DNA from: a virus
Lineage: Duplodnaviria > Caudoviricetes
IMG/VR virus record: IMGVR_UViG_3300031233_000027
Span: 1-25,309 of that record
Reading direction: 5' to 3' (one strand)
DNA length: 25,309 bases
Below, in pieces: positions 9,695-18,165 of this stretch; the first letter of the stretch is position 1; each line of letters starts with the position of its first letter. The notes beneath the pieces were generated by a model. It was not told where the DNA came from and did not search any database. It saw nothing but the letters and a program-made list of their open reading frames with translations. The position numbers and the translations under genes are program-made.

Positions 9695-9842
9695 TATCTT
9701 CCATCACACCAAATAGATTGGTTGGGTCTTCAATCGGTACGATCATAAAACCCCATTCAGCAAGTTCTCGTTCGAGAGTCTTAGCATCAAAGGGTTCGCC
9801 TTCGTAGATACGATCAATGATGTCATTCAGCATATCATCCAT
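9687..9842 (-). CDS. Small acidic hypothetical protein (51 aa)
   Basis: MDDMLNDIIDRIYEGEPFDAKTLERELAEWGF...; the likely start ATG 9842 lies just after the upstream stop. Confidence 0.55.
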   Translation of the reverse strand: MDDMLNDIIDRIYEGEPFDAKTLERELAEWGFMIVPIEDPTNLFGVMEDNV

Positions 9843-9843
9843 C

Positions 9844-10548
9844 TCAAACCTTCTTTCTGGCGCCTGTATGCCAAGAACCACAGTCAATGCACTGAAGTCG
9901 TTGTACTTTAAAAAACTTCGTCCTTCGAAATCCTCTAGATTGTACATGATTACTCCCACAAGCTCCACAAGCTCCCTTGTTATCCCCAAGATGCGGGTGA
10001 TCTTGAATGAAAGGTTTAATTCGCTGATAGAGATTAGCAGTTACCTTGACATCCTGAATACAATACTTCTGCATCCGCTTCTGGGCCTTGACATCGCCTT
10101 CAAGAACAGACCGCCAGAGTGCAAAGCCTTCATGCTTCATCTTAGATCCAACACCAAGTAAGGGGCCAATATAAGCCAACTTGGCCATCACAAATCCCAA
10201 GCCTTTTACGGTCTTAATCAAATCGATAGAGGTAGGTGGTGCAAAAGGTTTCAAACCCTCAAGCATTAGATGGCCTTTAATCTTAGGCAAATCATATCGA
10301 TTGCCGTTGTAAGTAATTACAGCGTCTGCCTCATCAAGAAGATTGCGAAGAACATATGCCATGTCTGTTGCACCATACTCCCACTTAGAGAGGAAGATGA
10401 ACTCTTTAGAGCCAACCCAATGAGCACAGAAGCAGAGAAGACCGCCGCTATCAATCAACTGATCAGGACTAATATTCTCATCATACATCCGCCAGACATA
10501 AGCCTTGGCAGGTGCCCATTCGATATCTATAACTAGGATTTTACTCAT
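9844..10548 (-). CDS. RNase H-like (DnaQ/RNase_H_2) 3'-5' exonuclease with C-terminal Zn ribbon
   Basis: MSKILVIDIE...ITYNGNRYDLP...YCIQDV; CGACG...CIDCG; AGGAG SD before ATG 10548. Confidence 0.85.
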   Translation of the reverse strand: MSKILVIDIEWAPAKAYVWRMYDENISPDQLIDSGGLLCFCAHWVGSKEFIFLSKWEYGATDMAYVLRNLLDEADAVITYNGNRYDLPKIKGHLMLEGLKPFAPPTSIDLIKTVKGLGFVMAKLAYIGPLLGVGSKMKHEGFALWRSVLEGDVKAQKRMQKYCIQDVKVTANLYQRIKPFIQDHPHLGDNKGACGACGSNHVQSRGFRRTKFFKVQRLQCIDCGSWHTGARKKV

Positions 10549-10891
10549 CAATCCACTCCTGGGGTACGACACCAACGGCCCACTTGTAGCCGTTCCGGTC
10601 TGCCCACTTCTCGTGGGTCTGCTTCTGAAAGGGAACTTTCTTGTTGGCCTCCATAAATAGGAAGCGAATGTCATGATCAGGATATTGTTTACGTACCGCA
10701 ATCATCTTGCGAATACTCTCCCGATCTAGTCTACCTTTGACTTCGATAATAATTCCGTTGTCTAGTATGAAGTCTGGATGATAAATTCCGTTTAAAGTGT
10801 AAGGAAGTTCCAAAGTCTCGTAGGTATATTTCACCCCACGAGACCTTAGATTGGCATCGACCGTGCGCTCGAAGCCTGACTTAAAAGCCAC
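10541..10891 (-). CDS. T7 endonuclease I-like Holliday junction resolvase
   Basis: FKSGFE...YTYE...YHPDFIL.NGIIIEVKG...WADRNGY; GTG start in a TAGTG overlap. Confidence 0.9.
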   Translation of the reverse strand: MAFKSGFERTVDANLRSRGVKYTYETLELPYTLNGIYHPDFILDNGIIIEVKGRLDRESIRKMIAVRKQYPDHDIRFLFMEANKKVPFQKQTHEKWADRNGYKWAVGVVPQEWIDE

Positions 10892-11316
10892 TAAGGATAT
10901 TTAGCCGGATCAAGTTGGTAATGGCCCCAGTCCTGGAAGTGACTAACCACACCGTCTACCCAAGCACCAACTGCTTGGCCACCCCACTGAACGTCAATAC
11001 CCAACTCCTGAGCAGCAGCCAAGACTTGTTTACTTACCGCAGTGTAGACCACAGCCACAGTGGGACCAGAGCCAAGATAGACGCCATTGACAAAAACCCC
11101 AATATCAACAGCCATAGCAAGATTATTGTAATGACTGTCTGGGAGGTGTCTCGAATGAAGTGTTTGGGAAAATCCCTCAAGAACCAATTGCTTTTCTTCG
11201 GCGAGAGTTCTAATTCCATAGATCACCTGAAATGGTTGTGGAGTTTGACTAGCAGCGTTGATGACTTTGACAAGATCGGGATGAACTTGAGAAAGAAGAT
11301 TATGTGGATCTAACAT
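10891..11316 (-). CDS. Endolysin, peptidase M15 (L-Ala-D-Glu peptidase-like)
   Basis: GIRTLAEEKQL...SRH...AVDI...WGG...DWGHYQL, matching the M15 Zn-ligand pattern. Confidence 0.85.
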   Translation of the reverse strand: MLDPHNLLSQVHPDLVKVINAASQTPQPFQVIYGIRTLAEEKQLVLEGFSQTLHSRHLPDSHYNNLAMAVDIGVFVNGVYLGSGPTVAVVYTAVSKQVLAAAQELGIDVQWGGQAVGAWVDGVVSHFQDWGHYQLDPAKYP

Positions 11317-11738
11317 GTCTTGTAAAACTTCCCAGCTTCGCTCTGATTCAATATCAACAAATGACCACTATTAGGTTTAGGAAGCCCACCTCGAGATTGA
11401 ATGTACTTATTCAACCCTGGTGTCTTGTAAATAATGTCTCCGTACTCAGGTCCATCTTCTGTCATCATAACTGATTGATGATAACCTAGTACCGCGTTCT
11501 TAGTGATACAAACATTATCACGAGCTTCATCGACCAAGATAGTGCAAGCACTCAAACAAGGACCATCCACGATTACAGGCGTCTTGTCAGCAGCAAGTTG
11601 CCTACCTTGAGCGGCAAATAGATCGATGATACCACCAGGACTAAACTCAACCACACAGGGAACTGAGCAAGGGACCGGAGGATAACTAAAGTCAGACTGA
11701 CCTAGACCAAAAATCGAAAGAATAAGAAGACTAATCAT
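11310..11738 (-). CDS. Exported ClpP/crotonase-fold-like protein
   Basis: Signal-peptide-like N-terminus MISLLILSIFGLG; SPGG...VDGPCLSACT...LGYH motif. The exact start (11738-11750) is uncertain. Confidence 0.55.
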   Translation of the reverse strand: MISLLILSIFGLGQSDFSYPPVPCSVPCVVEFSPGGIIDLFAAQGRQLAADKTPVIVDGPCLSACTILVDEARDNVCITKNAVLGYHQSVMMTEDGPEYGDIIYKTPGLNKYIQSRGGLPKPNSGHLLILNQSEAGKFYKTC

Positions 11739-12009
11739 AAATATCATCACTCTCTTCTTCTTCCAATTCGTCGCACATCTGAGCGGCCTTAACGCGGCCA
11801 ATGGGTATAACAATATCAGGAACCGCACCGAGTTCTGTAGTCTTCATGATGGCAACGTGATGCGGGGTGAAGATCAGAAAACCCTCGGCGAACCATTCCA
11901 CATCTTCGATGTCTGTAATTACGTAATGATTACTCGGAAACTTAGCCTCTTCTTCCTTACCCTTACCACCATTAATGGTACCGAGATGAAAGATGTTATC
12001 GTCGTCCAT
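11731..12009 (-). CDS. Hypothetical protein with acidic tail
   Basis: 92 aa; AAGGA SD; in operon orientation. Confidence 0.7.
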   Translation of the reverse strand: MDDDNIFHLGTINGGKGKEEEAKFPSNHYVITDIEDVEWFAEGFLIFTPHHVAIMKTTELGAVPDIVIPIGRVKAAQMCDELEEEESDDIYD

Positions 12010-12024
12010 ATTTGCTTCCTTGCT

Positions 12025-12861
12025 CTAGAAGTTCACTTTTTCGAATACCTTCGGTTCTCTTTTTACTGTCGTGAAAAACTTAGGGCCATTAGAATAAAGA
12101 AAGGTCCGAAGACCCAAACCACCATTGCTATCAGCCCAACAACGCCTCTTATGATCACAGTAGGAGCAATTTGTTCCAAGAACTCGGTTACCACTTGCTC
12201 CATCTTCTTCATCGGGGTAGCACCTTTCAGGTTCGACATCTGACTCAACAGCAGACTTTAAATAGTCAATACGTTCTTCAACATTAACTGTGGCAGCAAG
12301 TTCGTCCTTAGTGAATGGAAGATAAGCTAGGTGTCCGCTGACTTTGTCCATTGCAAGAAATGCACCGTCTGTGTTTCTTGCTTTACTATAACCGGCGATC
12401 TGTTCAATATAACCGAAGGCGTCGTCTTCAGCCAAAGATCCATTAGCGAACTTCTTAAACGAATAGGGGCTAGCACTCTTGACATCAACAGTTACTCCGT
12501 CGATGTCGGCGTCGATATGTCCTTTAATTCCTTGGATAGCCACTTCATCTTGGCGAGCCGTAACATTGTGGCCCGACACGCTGGCGAGGAATAGTAGGAC
12601 AGACTCTGTAATGTGGCCAACGAGGAACTTGAGGAGAGTGTGGCCTTTGAGTGGTTCTTCTGGTTCATATCTCTTTTGGTACCAAAGTTGACGTGCGCCT
12701 TTTCCGAGGTTGGACATACGAAGGGTGAATGGTCGTTTACCTTCTTCTAGACTGTCCCGGATAATGGTAGCAAGTTCAGACCCAAATTCAGTTGCTTCGG
12801 CGTCGGTAACTTGCTTACCATTTTCCAGGACAGAATAGATGTCATCTACTAAAGTTGAGAT
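12025..12861 (-). CDS. PD-(D/E)XK (Cas4/RecB-like) exonuclease, ~278 aa, inferred ATC start
   Basis: GHIDADIDGVTVDVKSAS, YIEQIAGY and CSYCDHKRRCW. The frame extends 48 codons upstream (ISTLVDDIYSVL...LRMSNLGK) to ATC 12861, which overlaps the SSB stop (TAATC), with GAGGA 9 nt upstream. Confidence 0.85.
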   Translation of the reverse strand: MSTLVDDIYSVLENGKQVTDAEATEFGSELATIIRDSLEEGKRPFTLRMSNLGKGARQLWYQKRYEPEEPLKGHTLLKFLVGHITESVLLFLASVSGHNVTARQDEVAIQGIKGHIDADIDGVTVDVKSASPYSFKKFANGSLAEDDAFGYIEQIAGYSKARNTDGAFLAMDKVSGHLAYLPFTKDELAATVNVEERIDYLKSAVESDVEPERCYPDEEDGASGNRVLGTNCSYCDHKRRCWADSNGGLGLRTFLYSNGPKFFTTVKREPKVFEKVNF

Positions 12862-13301
12862 TAAGCGACTTCCTCGGCCCAGGGCTTGTCATCTTCTCTA
12901 GTTGGGAATTCACCGCCTTCAAATGCTACCAAGTCCCAGACCTGAAGCGATAGAATATTAGCCGACTTCTGATTCTTACCATACTCGTTAATAGCAAAGT
13001 TGACATTGACCGTAGAACTATTACCGATCTTGGTCTTCGGATTCCACGCTTCACCATGATGGTCAACCACACGAATGGGTTGGTTCGGACTGCCGTCTTG
13101 CTTCAGTTCACGACGCTTGAAGGTCATATAAGGACCATTACCCTTGTCCTTGATCTTCTCTTTCAGACCTTCAACTTCCAGCCGATGAACAGTTTCCTCG
13201 TCGAGATACACATCAATGCTCCACTCCTTGTGAGCATTTTGATAACCCCAACCAGGTTCACCGGTAATCTTGGCCCACTTGGCCTTTCCACGAATGAGCA
13301 A
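12861..13301 (-). CDS. Single-stranded DNA-binding protein (T7 gp2.5-like)
   Basis: GKAKWAK...WSIDV...KIGNSSTVNV...LQVWDLVAFEGGEF and an acidic C-terminus; TTG start with AAGGAG; sits between polymerase and exonuclease. Confidence 0.75.
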   Translation of the reverse strand: MLIRGKAKWAKITGEPGWGYQNAHKEWSIDVYLDEETVHRLEVEGLKEKIKDKGNGPYMTFKRRELKQDGSPNQPIRVVDHHGEAWNPKTKIGNSSTVNVNFAINEYGKNQKSANILSLQVWDLVAFEGGEFPTREDDKPWAEEVA

Positions 13302-13387
13302 TAGATGCTCCTTTCTTTCTTGTTATTTTCTTATTGTTTTATTGTCTTCGACATTAAAGTAGATGATCTCTCATCACCATATTCAAT

Positions 13388-13416
13388 ATTGTACCTTATG
13401 ATACTTTACTTGTCAA
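13388..13416 (-). promoter_or_regulatory. Sigma70-type promoter upstream of SSB
   Basis: TTGACA (13416-13411), 17-nt spacer, TACAAT (13393-13388) on the minus strand, followed by an A-rich leader. Confidence 0.85.
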
Positions 13417-13582
13417 CCAATTTATCGAATATTCTCAAATGAAATGTGCCATTACCGTTGTCGTGGAACTGAACACACTCAGAATCTACAAAGTCGCCCA
13501 CTATTTCGAGTGGTACTGTAATGTATGGTCCTATTTCATCATTGCATTCAAATTGTTGATAGTAGTCTGGTCCTTGTCTCAT
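13406..13582 (-). CDS. Small protein (58 aa), possibly AbrB/MazE-like
   Basis: MRQGPDYYQQFECNDEIGPYITVPLEIVGDFVDSECVQFHDNGNGTFHLRIFDKLVDK*; the ITVP.EI...DNGNGTF.L pattern recalls phage AbrB-like proteins. Missing from the ORF track. Confidence 0.55.
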   Translation of the reverse strand: MRQGPDYYQQFECNDEIGPYITVPLEIVGDFVDSECVQFHDNGNGTFHLRIFDKLVDK

Positions 13583-13627
13583 GCAAATAGATCACTTTCC
13601 CTGCAATATTTCTCGTATTTATTTAGA

Positions 13628-15457
13628 TCAATGGCACTCTGCCCAGTTGAGTCCAACTTTGTAGTTACCCGTGAGCGGGACTTTAAATCCAATAGCAAGC
13701 CCTGCACTTGTGATTGCGTCAACACAGGTCTTTCCAACTTCCTCAGAATCCTCGGTCTTTGCATCAAGTTGTCCTTCATCATGAATGTTACCCACATAGA
13801 AGCCATCAAGCCCGCGCCGTTTAATCTCATTACGGGCTATGATAGCCGCCTTCTTCATAACTATTGCCCCCGCACTTTGGAGCTTATAATTAAGGCTAGC
13901 GCTTTTGGAGTGGCACCTGACGAATCCCCCATCAATAGTTCGGAGAAGTCCGCCAGTTCCTCGAAACTCATCTTGGATATCTGCGACCAATCTGGCCAGT
14001 CCGGGCGTACCTTTTTCAAGGACTCCACGAGCCCATTTACCGTATGGTCCAGCTTCACCTTTACGAAGTTCAGGTTTAAGCGTGACTCCGAGTTTACCAT
14101 CTCCAGCTCCATAGAGATAAGCGTAGAATCCATTCTTGACCGTGAGATCACGCATTTCATCTGGGAGTTCGAGGTTTCTAGTGTTAAGGAGGTGGGGGTC
14201 TCCTGTAGTGAAGAGAAGGGTGGCCTCAGCATTGTTAAGATACTCAGCAAACATACGCATTTCAAGGCCGCTGGCATCATAGCCAACTTCTCGTCGGTTG
14301 GGTCTAGCTTGCCAGAGCCTTCGACATTCAATTCCATACTTTACCTTCTGCTTTGCCTTAGGGATATTGGCTGTGTTTGGACCAAAATGTGTCATCCGAC
14401 GGGTTGTTGCACCACAAGTCAGAACACTACCGTGCATACAACTGTCTTCATAGTTAACATTATTCAACCAAGTGTCAATCATAGATGACCGACCCTGAAG
14501 TACAAGCCATTCAGCAATAGCAGTTGCTTCAGGTCTTCTCGAACTCTCAGCGAACGCTAGAAGGCTTTCTTCGTCAACCTTGGGGAAACCCTTCTCAGTG
14601 AAATCTTGGGGTTCCCAACCTAGTCCAAGTAGGCGTTCTACTCTCTGCTTAGGCGATCCAATATTGAAGGCTTGCCAATCGAGAGTGCTGTAGGTTCCGT
14701 CTCCGTTTTCACGGAGTTCAGGATATGTTGCAAGGTGCCTGAGGCGGCTCGCATATTCTCCTCCGTCCGCTTTAACTCTTCGATTGTATGTTCCGACAAC
14801 TTCAAGCTTGGGTGGGAATAGCTCCAGTATTGGACCTTCCAGAGCTGCTTGCTCAGCTCGGAGTTGACCGACAAGAGATTGTGCACCTGGGATGTCAAAT
14901 GCCCAACCAGCTCGCTTTTGCTCATCTACTACCTCTCTGATTTCATGTTCAATTTCACAAGACAGCTCACTAAAACCAAGCCGCAACATACGCTGCCACA
15001 GAGCACGAGCCACTTTCTTTCCGAGCCGAACGTCTTGTTGGCAATACCTGTCCATTTCGGGGCTGTAGCCACTGAAGTCGTCGAACTGCCCTTTCGGGTC
15101 TCCAAGACGTTCGCCCCAAGCTTCCAGGCTGTGGCCGCCGCTGAGAGCAGGATCGTACAGGTATGAAAGAACAAGAGTGTCGACGATATTACCAGTGTGA
15201 ATGGGAGCGCCAACCAATCTCGCCGTGTGAGGTCCGTCGTAACTGATCGCGTTATGACCGACAAAATATACCCCCTGTCCCCGTAGTTCATCGAAAAATC
15301 TCCGTATCGCATCATGGCCAACGAAACTATGAACTTCATCAGAGTCCATTCGACTGGCACACATCATCCAAAGTTTAGATGGGTACAGGCTGTCTGCTTC
15401 GCAGTCTATGTACCAATATTTGTGATAGTCCTCAACGCGGGGAAGGTATTTTACCAT
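13628..15457 (-). CDS. polA: T7-like family A DNA polymerase with 3'-5' exonuclease
   Basis: Exo motifs IDCEAD, GHNAISYD, YCQQDV; motif A GYDASGLEMR; motif B KNGFYAYLYGAG; motif C NIHDE. Confidence 0.95.
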   Translation of the reverse strand: MVKYLPRVEDYHKYWYIDCEADSLYPSKLWMMCASRMDSDEVHSFVGHDAIRRFFDELRGQGVYFVGHNAISYDGPHTARLVGAPIHTGNIVDTLVLSYLYDPALSGGHSLEAWGERLGDPKGQFDDFSGYSPEMDRYCQQDVRLGKKVARALWQRMLRLGFSELSCEIEHEIREVVDEQKRAGWAFDIPGAQSLVGQLRAEQAALEGPILELFPPKLEVVGTYNRRVKADGGEYASRLRHLATYPELRENGDGTYSTLDWQAFNIGSPKQRVERLLGLGWEPQDFTEKGFPKVDEESLLAFAESSRRPEATAIAEWLVLQGRSSMIDTWLNNVNYEDSCMHGSVLTCGATTRRMTHFGPNTANIPKAKQKVKYGIECRRLWQARPNRREVGYDASGLEMRMFAEYLNNAEATLLFTTGDPHLLNTRNLELPDEMRDLTVKNGFYAYLYGAGDGKLGVTLKPELRKGEAGPYGKWARGVLEKGTPGLARLVADIQDEFRGTGGLLRTIDGGFVRCHSKSASLNYKLQSAGAIVMKKAAIIARNEIKRRGLDGFYVGNIHDEGQLDAKTEDSEEVGKTCVDAITSAGLAIGFKVPLTGNYKVGLNWAECH

Positions 15458-17058
15458 GAATGCTCAACTATTGTAGTTCCTCCGTTGTTGTACTGTATAA
15501 TCTGTTCTTTGTCTAGTTCTGTGAGTCGCCCGGTGAATTCGTTATAATGAAGGTAAGCGCCAGGACCAGTCCTGCCACAAAACCTGTTCTTTTCTACAAT
15601 AAGTTTCACCACATTACGCCTCCACGGGTCTTCGGAGAGACGTTCTCTATGAAGTTTGATTACAATATTGGCCAGTTGTTCCACACCAGCAGTGCCCCTA
15701 ATTTGACCCTGCCTATTCTGGTGTATTACAGCAAGTACCGCGATATTTAATTCCATTGTCAAAGTTTTGAGCTTAGTGCTAATCTCATCTAGTTGCTTAC
15801 GCTCATCCCCTGATTGATCAGACACGACAATACTAAGATGGTCCAAGATAATATACTTGCAACCAAGATTGTGCATATGGCGGACTTTATTGAGTATCTC
15901 CTGAATGGAGTTACTCCCGAAATGATCATAAATAACCAGCTTGTCAGTATTAACACTCCGATCAAAATACTCACGCATCTCCTCCTGTTTAATTGTGTCC
16001 CTTACATCTGGAAGATGGAGAGGTAGATTAGCCTCAAGTGACATCAAACCTAGTGCTGTGTCGCCGTTAGTCTCTTCCAGGTGAAGGAGTCCGATACCCG
16101 CATCGGGGCTAACCTTACGGATATTGAACTCTATTTCCTTGAGTACTGATGTCTTTCCAACACCTGTTTCCGCAGTGAAGACCACGAACTCCGAAAGCCT
16201 AATGCCGTATGTCTGAGTATTAAGCAAGTCCCAGGGATACGGTACTGTCTCATACGCCTTCCGTTCGCTGATCTCACCCCACATGTCGCGGCCAAGTTTG
16301 AGGCCGCTTGGAGTAAACGTCGGGCTGGACCACCATTCACGGTTGAACTGCTCCCGCTTACCAGCTTTAAGATAGTCGTTCGGGTCTTTGCCGTCTGCAA
16401 GAGTAAGAATCTTAACCTTGCCGATGGGGAACATACCAGCCACAGCAAGAGCCGCCTCTTGGCCGGGGTAACGGATTTGTCCCGTTCTCTCATTTACTTT
16501 CGGATCGTCCCTGTCGAAGCAGACAACGACGTTTGCAAAGCTGTTAAGGTATTCAAAGTTGTCTGCAACATCTCGACTAGCTCCGTCCGCTCCATATCGA
16601 ACAGACACGACCGGCCACCTGCTTCCCATGAGCTCAAATGCCGCGCAAGCGTCATATTCGCCTTCAACAATTGTAATGAACTTCGCACTACCTCCAGGAA
16701 AAAGCTGGCTTCCGAAGAGTCCGGAGTGTTTGATGTCACCTTCAACATTAAATTCTTTATCAGGGTGTCTGACCTTGTTTGCAAGGTGTTTTCCATCATT
16801 GAAATATGGGAAGTATGTCGTGTCACCATTACGCCAAATGCCATACTTCTCAGCACTGGCGCGGGATATCTTTCGATCAGTTAAATCTTTGTAGTCTTTA
16901 CCGAGTTCTGTGAGGATATTACTGTCCTCCTTCTTATTGTTATTCGGAAATGTCGTGTTACCGCAACTGAAGCAATGAGTGTGTCCATCATCATACAAAG
17001 AATTGGCATCACTACTATCACATTCGTTACAGGCAATGTGCCTTAGAAACTGACTTAT
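15451..17058 (-). CDS. T7 gp4-like primase-helicase, ~535 aa, inferred ATA start
   Basis: Zn finger HIACNECDSSDANSLYDDGHTHCFSC, whose first CxxC lies upstream of the track ORF; TOPRIM EGEYD/CFDRD; Walker A AETGVGKT; ILDHLSIV; KNRFCGRTG. Confidence 0.93.
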   Translation of the reverse strand: MSQFLRHIACNECDSSDANSLYDDGHTHCFSCGNTTFPNNNKKEDSNILTELGKDYKDLTDRKISRASAEKYGIWRNGDTTYFPYFNDGKHLANKVRHPDKEFNVEGDIKHSGLFGSQLFPGGSAKFITIVEGEYDACAAFELMGSRWPVVSVRYGADGASRDVADNFEYLNSFANVVVCFDRDDPKVNERTGQIRYPGQEAALAVAGMFPIGKVKILTLADGKDPNDYLKAGKREQFNREWWSSPTFTPSGLKLGRDMWGEISERKAYETVPYPWDLLNTQTYGIRLSEFVVFTAETGVGKTSVLKEIEFNIRKVSPDAGIGLLHLEETNGDTALGLMSLEANLPLHLPDVRDTIKQEEMREYFDRSVNTDKLVIYDHFGSNSIQEILNKVRHMHNLGCKYIILDHLSIVVSDQSGDERKQLDEISTKLKTLTMELNIAVLAVIHQNRQGQIRGTAGVEQLANIVIKLHRERLSEDPWRRNVVKLIVEKNRFCGRTGPGAYLHYNEFTGRLTELDKEQIIQYNNGGTTIVEHSW

Positions 17059-17276
17059 TTTATAATGGCCTCATAGTAAACATAAAAAAGACCGTGCCAA
17101 TATGCTCTGAGATTTTTGTTAGGATAAGCTACTCTAAGAGCTTTGTTCATTTCGGAACAGCGTTCATTATTTGTTAATCCAGACGGGACGTTGATAATTC
17201 TAATCTGACTACCTGGTAAAAGGTTACCTGCCTCAATAAGCCAATGACTCCAATCAGTTTTTACGGTAATTGTCAT
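17055..17276 (-). CDS. Hypothetical protein
   Basis: 73 aa; AAGGA SD; its stop overlaps the inferred primase start. Confidence 0.65.
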   Translation of the reverse strand: MTITVKTDWSHWLIEAGNLLPGSQIRIINVPSGLTNNERCSEMNKALRVAYPNKNLRAYWHGLFYVYYEAIIK

Positions 17277-17790
17277 GCACTTTCCTTTTTAACGCTTCAT
17301 GAATTTGAATTGGCGAGTAGTCTGTATGTTCAAGACTGACACACACATACCTTGGATCATCTATTTTCTGGTAGTGAAGGTGACCATGGATGTTGGTTCC
17401 GAACCTTCCCACACTATCAGGATGTATAGGTATGTGGGAAAGAATGACCTTATTACCTTCGCCGTCCTTTTGAACCACATACGAACGAATGTCATCAAAG
17501 AACGGAAGATAGTCTGGCAACTTGAAAATATCATGATTGCCTTTGACTAGAACAAGGCGACCAACAAAGCGAGATAGCAAATGCCTGCTATGCCGATTGA
17601 TACACACGTCTCCAAGCATGTAGACCCGATCTTCGGGCTTGATAACTGCATTGTGACGTTGGATGATTGTTTCATCATGTTCCTCTATAGTTTTGAAAGG
17701 CCGAAGTGGCGTTCCGTCTTCTCGTTTGAAATTGAGAATATTAGCATGGCCAAGGTGATGGTCAGCAGCCACCCACGTCCTGCCGCTCAT
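17254..17790 (-). CDS. Calcineurin-like metallophosphoesterase
   Basis: ADHHLGH, LGDV, GNHD, SHIP and HGHLH motifs. Confidence 0.9.
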   Translation of the reverse strand: MSGRTWVAADHHLGHANILNFKREDGTPLRPFKTIEEHDETIIQRHNAVIKPEDRVYMLGDVCINRHSRHLLSRFVGRLVLVKGNHDIFKLPDYLPFFDDIRSYVVQKDGEGNKVILSHIPIHPDSVGRFGTNIHGHLHYQKIDDPRYVCVSLEHTDYSPIQIHEALKRKVHDNYRKN

Positions 17791-18014
17791 TATGGATTAG
17801 GTTCTCCTTCATAAATCTTCTCTCCGTAGAACCGGGTATTCCAGCCCTCATGCCAGTCCTCCCAGCGTTGATCCCGCAACCCACCGTCCATCTGTGGAAA
17901 CGGATTGTGATGACGACTAATTGAGCGAGCACAGGCTCCGTAGCCCTCAAGAAACTCCGTAGAGCGTTCAGCTCTGCCGAACTTGTCCGTCGAATGTTCC
18001 GCTGTCTTGGGCAC
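17790..18014 (-). CDS. Rmf/CrpP-fold-like small protein
   Basis: EGYGA...NPF...WEDWHEGW pattern; GGGAG SD 7 nt before GTG. Confidence 0.55.
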   Translation of the reverse strand: MPKTAEHSTDKFGRAERSTEFLEGYGACARSISRHHNPFPQMDGGLRDQRWEDWHEGWNTRFYGEKIYEGEPNP

Positions 18015-18165
18015 GATTGATCTCCCTTACAGTATAACCACGTTTGGCAAGAGCAATTCGAAGATTTTGAAGGTCGTCCCAAGTACGTTGAAGATATTCA
18101 ATAGCTTCAATTTTGTTACCCTCCTCGGCAATATTGTTAATGAATGCGGCATTGTATTTAGCCAC
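17968..18165 (-). CDS. Hypothetical protein
   Basis: 65 aa; AGGAG SD before GTG. Confidence 0.7.
   Translation of the reverse strand: MAKYNAAFINNIAEEGNKIEAIEYLQRTWDDLQNLRIALAKRGYTVREINRAQDSGTFDGQVRQS

Noticed and set aside
13579-13632. 17-codon ATT-started mini-ORF after the polymerase (IDLNKYEKYCRESDLFA) ending in an ATGA overlap
   Set aside because: It could be a fifth ATH start or a coupling bridge, but it is too short and lacks conserved motifs.
13439-14488. 349-aa plus-strand ORF
   Set aside because: Antisense to the DNA polymerase; no recognisable domain; against the operon direction.
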